DNA of 64,000 bases from Acidobacteria bacterium SCN 69-37 (lineage in GTDB: Bacteria; Acidobacteriota; Vicinamibacteria; Vicinamibacterales; SCN-69-37), in the NCBI GenBank assembly GCA_001724025.1, contig MEDJ01000019.1:286359-350358 (forward strand), in the 5' to 3' direction. Under the pieces are notes generated by a model. The model searched no databases. It was not told where the DNA came from and was given only the letters and a program-made list of their open reading frames with translations. Position 1 is the first letter of the stretch. Each line of letters begins with the position of its first letter. The position numbers and the translations under genes were made by a program. Of the stretch, positions 1 through 9,707 are shown one piece after another.

Positions 1-296
1 TGCCCCACTTCTCGCACCTGTTCGGATCCGATGCGTACTCGGCCGGGTACTACTCGTACCTGTGGTCCGAGGTGATGGACGCCGACGCGCGCGGGGCCTT
101 CGAGGAGGCCGGCGACCCCTTCGACCGTGCCGCCGCGGATCGCCTGCGACGGTTCCTGCTGGCCCCCGGCGATTCGACAGACAGGCAGGACGCCTATCGC
201 CAGTTCAGGGGACGCGATCCGGAACCCGACGCGCTGCTCATCGGGCGTGGGCTGATAGAGGTCGAGTCGGGGACGTCAGGTACGTTGGGCCCGTGA
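1..296 (+). CDS. M3-family zinc metallopeptidase (Dcp/oligopeptidase A-like), C-terminal fragment; 5' end lies outside the window
   Basis: Frame 3 is open from the window edge and reads HFSHLFGSDAYSAGYYSYLWSEVMDADA..., the conserved C-terminal block of M3 peptidases. Stop at 294-296. Confidence 0.8.
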   Translation, partial: PHFSHLFGSDAYSAGYYSYLWSEVMDADARGAFEEAGDPFDRAAADRLRRFLLAPGDSTDRQDAYRQFRGRDPEPDALLIGRGLIEVESGTSGTLGP

Positions 297-423
297 GGTT
301 TGCTGGCAATTGGCGCGCCACTCTCGCCGTTGCCGACGTCTCATCGTGCCCGAGTGCCACGTCGCTACCGGTGCCCCGCGGCCGGGCCGCACGCCACGTG
401 CTCCCTGCACCTGACGTACCCGC

Positions 424-1167
424 TCAATATCCCACCGTAAATCTTTGCCGGATGTGGCGCGGCGTCTCGAGCTCGTCGACCAGCGCGATGGCGTAGTCCT
501 CCATCGAGACGCGGCTCTGCCCCTGGGCGTCGGTGACCACCGTGTCGCCGCCCAGCCTGAACGTGCCCGTGCGCTCGCCTGGTGCGAACATGACGGCCGG
601 CGAGAAGAACGTCCAGTCGAGGTCCGTCACGGTCCGCAGCGCGTCGAGGAATCGCACGCCGCCGGCCGGTTCCGGACTGGTTCGGAAGTTCGCGAGGGCG
701 GGTGTATCGATCAGTCGCACGCCGTCGGCGTTGAGCAGGCTCGCGGCTCCGCCCACGACGATGTACCGCTTTACGCCGGAGGCGCGGACAGCACCGATGA
801 GAGCGTCGGGGTCCTGGATGTTGCGGAACGGCGCGGCACTGATCACCGCGTCGTGACCGGCGAGGATCCTGGCCAGGGCGGCCGGCTCGTTGACGTCGCC
901 CTTCGCCGCCGCCACCCGCGGCCCGGCCTGAATCGCCTCCGGGTTACGGACGATCCCGGTCACGGTGTGGCCACGCGAGACGAGTTCGGCGAGCACGCGC
1001 GAGCCCACGTTGCCGCTGGCCCCGATGAGGGCCACGCGCTGCGCGTTCGCCGGCGTCCGAGCCGTCTGGTCGGCCGACACCGACGCAGCGGGACCGGCCA
1101 TCGCCGCGGCGATGGCCAGGGCGGTCAAGACAGCGCACAGCACTCGAACGGATCGCGACATGGGCAC
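424..1167 (-). CDS. NAD(P)H-binding NmrA/SDR-like protein with N-terminal signal-like segment
   Basis: 247-aa ORF. Rossmann motif IGASGNVGSRV follows a hydrophobic N-terminus (VLCAVLTALAIAAAMA). Overall layout resembles NAD(P)-binding flavin-reductase-like proteins. Confidence 0.8.
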   Translation of the reverse strand: MPMSRSVRVLCAVLTALAIAAAMAGPAASVSADQTARTPANAQRVALIGASGNVGSRVLAELVSRGHTVTGIVRNPEAIQAGPRVAAAKGDVNEPAALARILAGHDAVISAAPFRNIQDPDALIGAVRASGVKRYIVVGGAASLLNADGVRLIDTPALANFRTSPEPAGGVRFLDALRTVTDLDWTFFSPAVMFAPGERTGTFRLGGDTVVTDAQGQSRVSMEDYAIALVDELETPRHIRQRFTVGY

Positions 1168-1229
1168 TCCAAGCTCCGACGATATGGCGATTGCGTGCGG
1201 GGCGCAAGCTAGGGGCGGGACCCGCCGCC

Positions 1230-1686
1230 CGCTCGTCGGAGCCCCGAGGCTTCAGCCTCGGGGGACACCCGACACGCCCTCCCTGAGGCGGAAGCCCCAG
1301 GGCTCCGGCAACCTCTCGCCACAGGCCAGGGGCGGGACCCCCGAGGCTTCAGCCTCGGGGGACACCCGACACGCCCTCCCCGGGCGGAAGCCCCAGGGCT
1401 CCGGCAACCTCTCGCCGCAGGCCGCGCAGGCCCCGGCGCCCGCTCGTCGGAGCCCCGAGGCTTCAGCCTCGGGGGAACACCCGACGCGCCGCCCTGGGGC
1501 TGACCACCTTCGCGCGAGGCTACGGTGGTCCGCCGAAGCCTTGGCAGAGGCGGAAGCCCCAGGGCTCCGGCAACCTCTCGCCACAGGCCGCGCAGGCCCC
1601 GGCGCCCGCTCGTCGGAGCCCCGAGGCTTCAGCCTCGGGGGGGACACCCGACGCACCGCCCTGGGGCTGAAGCCCCCAGGGCTCCG
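1230..1686. repeat. BIME-like tandem array of palindromic REP-type units
   Basis: Hairpin unit GGAGCCCCGAGGCTTCAGCCTCGGGGG occurs at about 1238, 1339, 1448 and 1616. It alternates with GGCGGAAGCCCCAGGGCTCCGGCAACCTCTCGCC at about 1288, 1383 and 1549. Segments 1384-1503 and 1550-1670 are near-identical direct repeats with a 166-nt period. Confidence 0.9.
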
Positions 1687-1734
1687 GTCGCGGGTCGCCG
1701 GTCATCGGTCTCCGGTCGCTGGGCTCCGGTCTCC

Positions 1735-1762
1735 GGTCGTCGGTCGTCGGTCGTCGGTCGTC
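1735..1762. repeat. Heptamer microsatellite (GGTCGTC)x4
   Basis: Four perfect tandem GGTCGTC copies, read directly. They are flanked by related GGTC-rich sequence (GTCGCCGGTCATCGGTC). Confidence 0.9.
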
Positions 1763-1848
1763 GACGACCGGTCGTCGGTAGAATCCACCCAACCGGACAG
1801 CTGTCGCGATCCTCTAATACTCCAGTGACGGCATGCACCGCCGACGGG

Positions 1849-2463
1849 ATGACGATCGACCGGACCTCAGACACGGCCGCAGACGAACGGGACTATCCCG
1901 CGGAACACGCGCTGATCGCGGCGGCCGTTGCCGGCGATCGCGAGGCGTTCGGTGCGCTGGTGCAGCGGCACGAACGGGCGGCGATACGCGCGGCCCTGGC
2001 CGCGCTCGGCCGACAGGCCGATGCGGAAGACGTGACCCAGGACGCGTTCCTGATCGCGTGGCAGAAATTGCCGACGTTCCGCGCGGAGGCGAGCTTCCGC
2101 ACCTGGCTGCTGACCATCGTGTGGCGGCAGGCCCTGGCCCGGCGACGGGTGCGGCAACGCTGGTGGCAGCGGTTCGTGACCGCCGATCGCGGGGACGACG
2201 GCAGGACCGAGGCGCGATTCGCCAGCCCCGGCGTCAGCCCGGAACAGCGCGTCGTCGATCGCGAACGGGCAGGAGCCGTGGCCGCGGCCATCGCGCGCCT
2301 GTCGCCCAAGCTGCGCGACACGCTGCTGCTGGCGGCGTCTGGTGAATACGGGTACGAGCAGATCGGCTGCATGCTCGGCGTGCCCGTCGGCACGGTGAAG
2401 TGGCGTGTGGCCGAAGCGCGACGACAAATCGGAATGGCCGTCGGGGGCACGCGTGATGACTGA
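1849..2463 (+). CDS. ECF-type RNA polymerase sigma-70 factor
   Basis: Region 2 (DAEDVTQDAFLIAWQKLPTFR...FRTWLLTIVWRQ) and region 4 (YEQIGCMLGVPVGTVKWRVAEARR) are recognisable. I chose the ATG at 1849 because the upstream part of the ORF runs through the repeat array. Confidence 0.9.
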   Translation: MTIDRTSDTAADERDYPAEHALIAAAVAGDREAFGALVQRHERAAIRAALAALGRQADAEDVTQDAFLIAWQKLPTFRAEASFRTWLLTIVWRQALARRRVRQRWWQRFVTADRGDDGRTEARFASPGVSPEQRVVDRERAGAVAAAIARLSPKLRDTLLLAASGEYGYEQIGCMLGVPVGTVKWRVAEARRQIGMAVGGTRDD

Positions 2464-3043
2464 GAAGCTGGACGAACTGATCGATACCGTGGCGCAACGG
2501 ATGACGGAGGCCGACGGTCACCCGGACATGCGGACGCGGGTGATGGCCGTCATCGATGATCGCGCCCGTCTGGTGCGACGACCGTGGCTGATGCCGCTGA
2601 TGGCCACGGGCGCGGCGGCCGGCGCCGCCCTGGTCTGGATGCTGGTGTCGCCCCGGCCTCTGCCGCTGTCGCAGCCGGTGCCCCCGGCCTCGCAGGCGCA
2701 GGCACCCGCCGCCCCGGCGACGCCGGTGGCCGCGTTGCAACCAGAAACGGTCTCCAGCCCGGCGCCGGTCGTTCGGCGGATGACGGCAGCGCCGCGCGCG
2801 ACGGCGAGACTGTCGTCGGCCATGCCTGAATCAGTCATTGCCACACATATGTCTGAGCCTCCATGGCCGGACGACGAGCAGAACATGACGATCCCGACAC
2901 TGCCGGCGCTTGCCGGTCCCGCGCCGATCACCATCGAACCCATCGGGTGGCACGACCTGGCGATTGCACCGGTGACCGTTGCCGCCATCGAAGTGAAGGC
3001 GATTGAACTGGAGCCGCTGCGCACTGGCGCCGGCGGTGCGTAA
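2456..3043 (+). CDS. Putative membrane anti-sigma factor (single TM helix)
   Basis: The ATG overlaps the sigma factor stop (GATGACTGA). Short cytoplasmic N-terminus, one TM helix (PWLMPLMATGAAAGAALVWMLV) and a Pro/Ala-rich exterior. Position immediately after an ECF sigma gene is typical. Confidence 0.6.
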   Translation: MTEKLDELIDTVAQRMTEADGHPDMRTRVMAVIDDRARLVRRPWLMPLMATGAAAGAALVWMLVSPRPLPLSQPVPPASQAQAPAAPATPVAALQPETVSSPAPVVRRMTAAPRATARLSSAMPESVIATHMSEPPWPDDEQNMTIPTLPALAGPAPITIEPIGWHDLAIAPVTVAAIEVKAIELEPLRTGAGGA

Positions 3044-3079
3044 TGGACACGGCAGAACACGACAGACTGTGAGGATGCG

Positions 3080-3637
3080 ATGACGAAGAGATTCCTGATG
3101 GCAGTGTGCGCGGCAACGCTGATGACAGCGGTGTCCGCGCGGGCCGAGGCCGGACAGGATGCGCCGCCGGTCATCGAGTCGACGGCGGTTCGGCCGCAGG
3201 CGCCGGAACCACAGGTCGCCGCACAGGCGCAACCGGCCGCGAACGTCCAGCTCGACATCGTGATTACCGACACCATCAGCGGGAAACCCGAGGCCAAGAC
3301 GCTGACGCTGGTCATGCGGTCCGGCGGTCGCGGGTCCGTACGGACGACAGGCTCTGTCATGCAGCGGGACCGCAACTTCCCGGTCCCGGTGCGCATGGCC
3401 ATCGACGCCCGGGTGACGCTCGTCGAGCCGGACCTCGTCGATACGTATCTGACCTTCGAATATCAGGCCGCGTCGACAGCCGATGGAGACACCCCGAATG
3501 CCAGCCCGGCCGAGGTGACCGAACAGGTGCAGACCTACGTGCGCAGCGGCCGGCGCGTCCTCGTCTCCCGCTCGGCCGACCCGGTGACCAACCGCACCGT
3601 CACCGTCGAGCTGACCGCGACGGTCCGCGAGCCCTGA
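3080..3637 (+). CDS. Secreted hypothetical protein (ECF operon)
   Basis: GAGGA lies upstream of the ATG. Signal peptide MTKRFLMAVCAATLMTAVSARA. GC-rich third codon positions. I do not recognise a family. Confidence 0.6.
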   Translation: MTKRFLMAVCAATLMTAVSARAEAGQDAPPVIESTAVRPQAPEPQVAAQAQPAANVQLDIVITDTISGKPEAKTLTLVMRSGGRGSVRTTGSVMQRDRNFPVPVRMAIDARVTLVEPDLVDTYLTFEYQAASTADGDTPNASPAEVTEQVQTYVRSGRRVLVSRSADPVTNRTVTVELTATVREP

Positions 3638-3668
3638 CACCCGACGCATCCACCAGGAGAACAATCCG

Positions 3669-4220
3669 ATGATGACACCGTCATTGCTGCTCGCCCTCGC
3701 CCTGACCGGCGTCGTCCCGGTTGCCGCACCGCAGGAGAGCCCGGCGCCGCCGCCATGCGTGGCCGACGCCCGCTGGCTCCAGGATTCACCGACGACCATC
3801 GGCCCGACAGGCGAGCAGCCGCTGACGCTGTTCACGGCCGTCGGCCGGGGCGGCGCCGACTGCTCCGCCTGGATCGTCTTCAGTGCCGTCTACCTCGACG
3901 CGGGCGGCGGCCTCGTCTGCAGCGGCACGCTGGACCTGCGCGTGCCGCAGGCGGGGCCGGTCCGGTACACGGCCCTCGCGGTCCGGCCGGGCAATCCCTA
4001 CGAGTTCGTGCGGTGGCTGAACGGCCCGAATTCGGCGAGCCAGCCATGGATGCGGTTCGCCTGCCTGACGCTGGATGGCCAGACCGAGGCACAGCCGGCC
4101 GACATCGAACGCGCCAGGACGATCCGCCTGCACGCGACCGTCCTGCCGGCACACGGCGGCCTGGCGGTGGCCGAGATGCGCCTGCCGATCTGGGGACCGC
4201 CGCCCGCTCCGCCGCGCTGA
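3669..4220 (+). CDS. Secreted hypothetical protein with four Cys (ECF operon)
   Basis: AGGAGA lies 8 nt upstream. Signal-like N-terminus MMTPSLLLALALTGVVPVAA. I do not recognise a family. Confidence 0.6.
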   Translation: MMTPSLLLALALTGVVPVAAPQESPAPPPCVADARWLQDSPTTIGPTGEQPLTLFTAVGRGGADCSAWIVFSAVYLDAGGGLVCSGTLDLRVPQAGPVRYTALAVRPGNPYEFVRWLNGPNSASQPWMRFACLTLDGQTEAQPADIERARTIRLHATVLPAHGGLAVAEMRLPIWGPPPAPPR

Positions 4221-4302
4221 GGTGCGGTGGGGCTGACGACCTCGGAGCCCCTCGAGGGGCCCCGCGACGCATTCGGCGCTATGGCGCGTCACGACCTCCC
4301 CT

Positions 4303-4308
4303 TATACT
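4303..4308 (+). promoter_or_regulatory. Candidate -10 hexamer TATACT, 6 nt upstream of the typA ATG (leaderless geometry)
   Basis: TATACT-gaagag-ATG. There is no Shine-Dalgarno between the hexamer and the start. Confidence 0.35.
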
Positions 4309-4314
4309 GAAGAG

Positions 4315-6153
<1,839 letters not shown>

Positions 6154-6193
6154 GATCGCCGGCCGGCCCCGATGGCGGGGGCCCCGTGTCCTA

Positions 6194-6207
6194 GTGAATT
6201 AATTCAC
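6194..6207. promoter_or_regulatory. Perfect 14-bp palindrome GTGAATTAATTCAC (CRP-type GTGA-N6-TCAC spacing) in an AT-rich island
   Basis: Read directly. It sits just upstream of the TGCTATACA -10-like element and the first atp-operon gene. Confidence 0.4.
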
Positions 6208-6211
6208 AATG

Positions 6212-6220
6212 TGCTATACA
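6212..6220 (+). promoter_or_regulatory. Candidate extended -10 (TGCTATACA) for the atp F0 operon
   Basis: TGn + TATACA. The same TGCTA core recurs at four other loci in the window. Confidence 0.4.
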
Positions 6221-6252
6221 TCATGGGTTCGCGTGACGGTGGCAGACGCCAT

Positions 6253-6498
6253 ATGCCGGACCCCGATCGCACATCGCCGCTGGTTCGCGCCCTGAAGGCC
6301 CTGCAGACCGGTGCGAACAGCGCCGGACCGGCGGTGGCCGTCAGCTATGCCCTGGTGGGCGCCATCCTGCTGTTCGGGGGCCTGGGTTACGCTCTCGATG
6401 TGCGGTTCGGCACGGCCCCGGCGTTCGTGGCGACCGGCCTGCTGCTGGGCGTCGCGATCGGGCTCTACCAGCTCGCGAAGTGGCTGTGGCGACGATGA
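6253..6498 (+). CDS. AtpZ/ATPase_gene1-like small membrane protein
   Basis: Two TM helices with a GYALDVRFGTAPAF motif typical of the small protein encoded ahead of atpI/atpB. The start is uncertain (6172, 6223 or 6253); I chose 6253 because it lies downstream of the candidate promoter. Confidence 0.65.
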   Translation: MPDPDRTSPLVRALKALQTGANSAGPAVAVSYALVGAILLFGGLGYALDVRFGTAPAFVATGLLLGVAIGLYQLAKWLWRR

Positions 6499-6851
6499 AA
6501 CAGATCGGATGGATGGCGGCGGGGTGTCTGGGGAGCTGGATCATCGCCACCGCGTTCCTCGGGGTGCGTATCGAGGTGCTGCTCGGTATGATCGGCCCGC
6601 TCGTCGCGGCCGTGGGCACGTGTCTGGCCGTCCAGAGAGCGGCCCGCCGGGATCCGGCACGGGTCACGCGGGTCCTGATGGCCGCCTTCGGGCTGAAGTT
6701 GCTGTTCTTCGGCGCCTACGTCGTCGGCGTCAGCCGGATGCCCGGCATCGACCTCGCGACGTTCGCTGTCGCGTTTTTCGCGTATTTCGCCGTGCTGTAT
6801 GTCGTGCAGGCGTTCCTGGTCCGCGGATTGACCGCGCCACGGCCCTCCTGA
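6495..6851 (+). CDS. ATP synthase protein I-like membrane protein
   Basis: ATGA start/stop overlap with the preceding gene. Four hydrophobic helices. Positioned directly before atpB. Confidence 0.6.
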   Translation: MKQIGWMAAGCLGSWIIATAFLGVRIEVLLGMIGPLVAAVGTCLAVQRAARRDPARVTRVLMAAFGLKLLFFGAYVVGVSRMPGIDLATFAVAFFAYFAVLYVVQAFLVRGLTAPRPS

Positions 6852-6866
6852 CACCCGATTTTTCTC

Positions 6867-7808
6867 ATGGACGAACAAGGCCAGGTTTCCGGACTGCATG
6901 CCGCCGCCGACGCGGCCGGTGACGGCTTCGACGCCGGCACGCTGATCATCGGCCATGTGTCCAACAGCAGCCTCGATCACCCGCTGATCCACCTGCCGAC
7001 CGTCTTCGGCATCGACCTGTCGGTCACCAAGCACGTGTTCATGCTGTGGGTCGTGGCCGGGCTGCTGTTCGTGACCATCACGGCCCTCGTCCGCGGGTAC
7101 CTGCGCCGTGGCGCCACCGCGCCGAACGGGGCGATGAACGCCCTCGAGTTCGTCGTCGAGTACGTGCGCGACACCATCGTGCGGGCCAACGTCGGATCGA
7201 AGTGGGTCCTCACCTGGACGCCCCTGCTGCTGACGCTGTTCGTCTTTATCCTGGCCGCCAACGCGATTGGCCTCGTTCCCATGTTCGAGGTCCTCGGGCT
7301 CCTCGATCACTACGTCCTGCACACGGCCGACGATTCCTTCGTCAAGGGGCTGCTGCACGGCGGCGCCACGGTGACGGGCAACTACAACGTGACGGCCGCG
7401 CTGGCGTCGATCACGTTTATCGCGATCATCATCGCGGGCAGCCGGGCCCATGGGTTCGTGAAGCACTGGACGAACCAGATTCCCAAGGGCCTGCCGCTCT
7501 TCGTTTATCCGCTGCTGATCCCGATCGAGATCCTCAGCATGTTCGTCCGCCCCTTCGCGTTGACGATGCGACTCGCGGCGAACATGACGGGCGGGCACGT
7601 CGCCATCCTGGCGATCCTGTCGTTCGTGTTCATCTTCGCGCAGACGCTGTCCTCGGCGACAGCGGGCATCGGCATCGGCATGTTCTTCTCGGTGCCGCTG
7701 TCGACGGCCGTCCTGGGCCTCGAAATCATCGTCGTGCTCGTCCAGGCCTACGTCTTCACGCTGTTGTCGGCTGTGTTCATCGGCATGGCCATTCACGCAC
7801 ACCACTAA
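6867..7808 (+). CDS. atpB: F0F1 ATP synthase subunit a
   Basis: Conserved essential-Arg region FALTMRLAANMTGGH and a polytopic helix pattern. Confidence 0.93.
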   Translation: MDEQGQVSGLHAAADAAGDGFDAGTLIIGHVSNSSLDHPLIHLPTVFGIDLSVTKHVFMLWVVAGLLFVTITALVRGYLRRGATAPNGAMNALEFVVEYVRDTIVRANVGSKWVLTWTPLLLTLFVFILAANAIGLVPMFEVLGLLDHYVLHTADDSFVKGLLHGGATVTGNYNVTAALASITFIAIIIAGSRAHGFVKHWTNQIPKGLPLFVYPLLIPIEILSMFVRPFALTMRLAANMTGGHVAILAILSFVFIFAQTLSSATAGIGIGMFFSVPLSTAVLGLEIIVVLVQAYVFTLLSAVFIGMAIHAHH

Positions 7809-7840
7809 CGTCAACGGAAGCCAAACGGAGGATTCGGAAC

Positions 7841-8080
7841 ATGGGTGAAGCAGTAAATCTGGTGCCGTACGCGTACGCGGGCGCCGCACTTGGCGCGGGA
7901 CTCGCCGTGCTCGGCGCCGGACTCGGGATTGGCCGTCTGGCCGCGGCCTCGGCCGAAGCGATTGCCCGCCAGCCCGCGGCAGCCTCGCAGATCACCGCGG
8001 CGACGAACCTCCCGCTGTTCCTGCTCGAAGGCGTGGCGATCATCGCCGAAGTCGTCTGCCTGCTGGTCGCGTTCAAGTAA
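7841..8080 (+). CDS. atpE: F0F1 ATP synthase subunit c
   Basis: 79-aa hairpin protein with a GAGLGIG glycine motif, ARQP loop and the carboxylate in FLLEGVAI. GGAGGA RBS upstream. Confidence 0.93.
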   Translation: MGEAVNLVPYAYAGAALGAGLAVLGAGLGIGRLAAASAEAIARQPAAASQITAATNLPLFLLEGVAIIAEVVCLLVAFK

Positions 8081-8140
8081 GACCGCGCTCGGTCTCGGCG
8101 CGGCCCGGAGGCCGCGCCGTCGCTCCGAAAGGACTCAATC

Positions 8141-8653
8141 GTGGACAATCCCCTCGTACAGCCGGATCCCGGTCTGTTCGTCTGGACCATCCTCACGTTC
8201 CTGATTCTGACGGCCCTGCTGGCGAAGTTCGCCTGGCGTCCGCTCCTGCAGGCGCTCGAGGCGCGGCAGCAGACCATCGACGGCGCCCTCGAGGATGCCC
8301 GGCGGGCACGTGAAGAACTCGAGCGCGTGCAGCAGGATGGGGCCAGGATCCTCAACGACGCCCGACGCGAGGCCGATGGCATCGTGTCGCGCGCGCGGGC
8401 CGATGCCGATCGGTTCCGCGACGAGATGAAGCAGCAGGCCGGCGTGGAAGCCGCGGCCATCGTCGAGCGCGCGCAGCGCGAGATTCAGCGCGAGACCGGC
8501 CGGGCCGTCGCCCAGCTGCGTCAGGAGGCCGTGGACCTGTCGTTCTCGATTGCGTCCAAGGTGCTGCGTCGCACGGTCACGCCCGCCGATCACGAGCGCC
8601 TGCTCGACGACGTCATCGGCACGCTCGACCAGCCGCCGAGCCAGCCGTCATGA
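8141..8653 (+). CDS. atpF: F0F1 ATP synthase subunit b
   Basis: GTG start. N-terminal TM helix (LFVWTILTFLILTALLAKFAW) followed by a long charged helix. Follows atpE. Confidence 0.88.
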   Translation: MDNPLVQPDPGLFVWTILTFLILTALLAKFAWRPLLQALEARQQTIDGALEDARRAREELERVQQDGARILNDARREADGIVSRARADADRFRDEMKQQAGVEAAAIVERAQREIQRETGRAVAQLRQEAVDLSFSIASKVLRRTVTPADHERLLDDVIGTLDQPPSQPS

Positions 8654-8657
8654 TCGT

Positions 8658-8684
8658 CCCCCGGGGCTGAAGCCCCGGGGCTCC
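8658..8684. repeat. REP-type hairpin CCCCCGGGGCTGAAGCCCCGGGGCTCC
   Basis: 9-bp stem with a TGAA loop, 5 nt after the atpF stop. Same family as 1230-1686, 21128-21213 and 23249-23380. Confidence 0.85.
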
Positions 8685-8740
8685 ATGCTTACCCCCGACG
8701 ATCGTCGGCCCCAGGCCGTGTGCCGGGCCCACCACTCGCC

Positions 8741-8767
8741 TGTCGTACCTGTCGTACCCGTCGTACC
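8741..8767 (+). repeat. Three tandem 9-mers (TGTCGTACC, TGTCGTACC, CGTCGTACC)
   Basis: Read directly. They end 7 nt before a TATACT hexamer. Confidence 0.85.
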
Positions 8768-8774
8768 TGAGGTC

Positions 8775-8780
8775 TATACT
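8775..8780 (+). promoter_or_regulatory. Candidate -10 hexamer TATACT, 6 nt upstream of the VWA gene ATG (leaderless geometry)
   Basis: TATACT-gccctc-ATG with no Shine-Dalgarno. Same geometry as typA. Confidence 0.35.
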
Positions 8781-8786
8781 GCCCTC

Positions 8787-9707
8787 ATGTCCTCCGTCAC
8801 TCGCCGGGGCGTCCTGTTCGTATCGGTTGCGGGACTGGCTGTGGCCGGCACGGTCCTAGCGGCCGGTGGTTCCGTGCCGATCGGCCCTGTCCAGGGAGCG
8901 CAACGGACCGTGACCGTCGGCCTGCTCGATCGCACGGGCACGCCGGTCGCGGACGTGACGACCGACGACGTGATCGTCCGGGAGGACGGCGTGGCCCGCG
9001 AGGTCGTGCGCGTCGCGCCGGGACCGCCACCGACAGAGGTCGTCATCCTCGTCGACGACAGCCAGGCGGCAGCCACGGACCTGCGGGACCTCCGCGACGC
9101 CCTCACCCGATTCACCGATCGCCTGGCCGATCTCGATCCGCCGCCCGCCGTGCGGCTGGCGACGATCGGGGACCGGCCGACGGTCGTGGTCGACTTCACC
9201 CCGTCATTCCCGTCCGTCAGCCGCGGGATCGATCGGATCGCGACGCGCCCGGGATCGGGGGCGACACTGCTCGAAGCGATCGACGAATCCGCACAGGCGC
9301 TCGCGCGACGTCGCGCGGAGCGTCCGGTCATCGTCGCCTTCCTCAACGAAGCCAGTCCCGAGTTCAGCACGCTGACGCACCAGCGCGTCGCGCAGGCGCT
9401 TCGGCAGGTCAATGCCTCGCTGTGGACCATCGTCCACACGCGCCGGGATGGCGCCGGCTCGTCGGACGCCGAGCGCGAACGCGAGATCGTGCTCGGCGAC
9501 GTGACGCGTCAGAGCGGCGGCCGGCACCAGACGATCCTGGCCTCACAACACCTGCCTGACGCCTTCACGACCCTCGCGGCCCAGCTGGCCTCACGCTGGG
9601 CCATCACCTACGGCCGTCCCGACACCCTGATTCCGCCGTCGTCGCTCGACGTACAGGCGCGCGACAGGTCGTGGCAAGTGATCGCGCCCAGGTGGTCGGG
9701 GCGGTGA
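8787..9707 (+). CDS. VWA domain protein (acidobacterial VWFA-related type)
   Basis: Signal/TM N-terminus. VVILVDDS MIDAS-like start, RFTDRL, and C-terminal ITYGRP...LDVQAR strand pattern shared with the three paralogues in this window. Confidence 0.8.
   Translation: MSSVTRRGVLFVSVAGLAVAGTVLAAGGSVPIGPVQGAQRTVTVGLLDRTGTPVADVTTDDVIVREDGVAREVVRVAPGPPPTEVVILVDDSQAAATDLRDLRDALTRFTDRLADLDPPPAVRLATIGDRPTVVVDFTPSFPSVSRGIDRIATRPGSGATLLEAIDESAQALARRRAERPVIVAFLNEASPEFSTLTHQRVAQALRQVNASLWTIVHTRRDGAGSSDAEREREIVLGDVTRQSGGRHQTILASQHLPDAFTTLAAQLASRWAITYGRPDTLIPPSSLDVQARDRSWQVIAPRWSGR

Noticed and set aside
1230-1790. Possible CRISPR array
   Set aside because: The repeat units abut each other or are separated by other repeated sequence rather than by unique spacers. 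The units are strong palindromes of a dispersed REP type, and no cas genes are in the window.
965-1828. 287-aa ORF (and overlapping minus-strand ORFs) across the repeat array
   Set aside because: The translation is just the repeats read out (RKPQGSGNLSPQA..., SPEASASG...). There is no RBS or family resemblance. A 166-nt period is not a multiple of 3.
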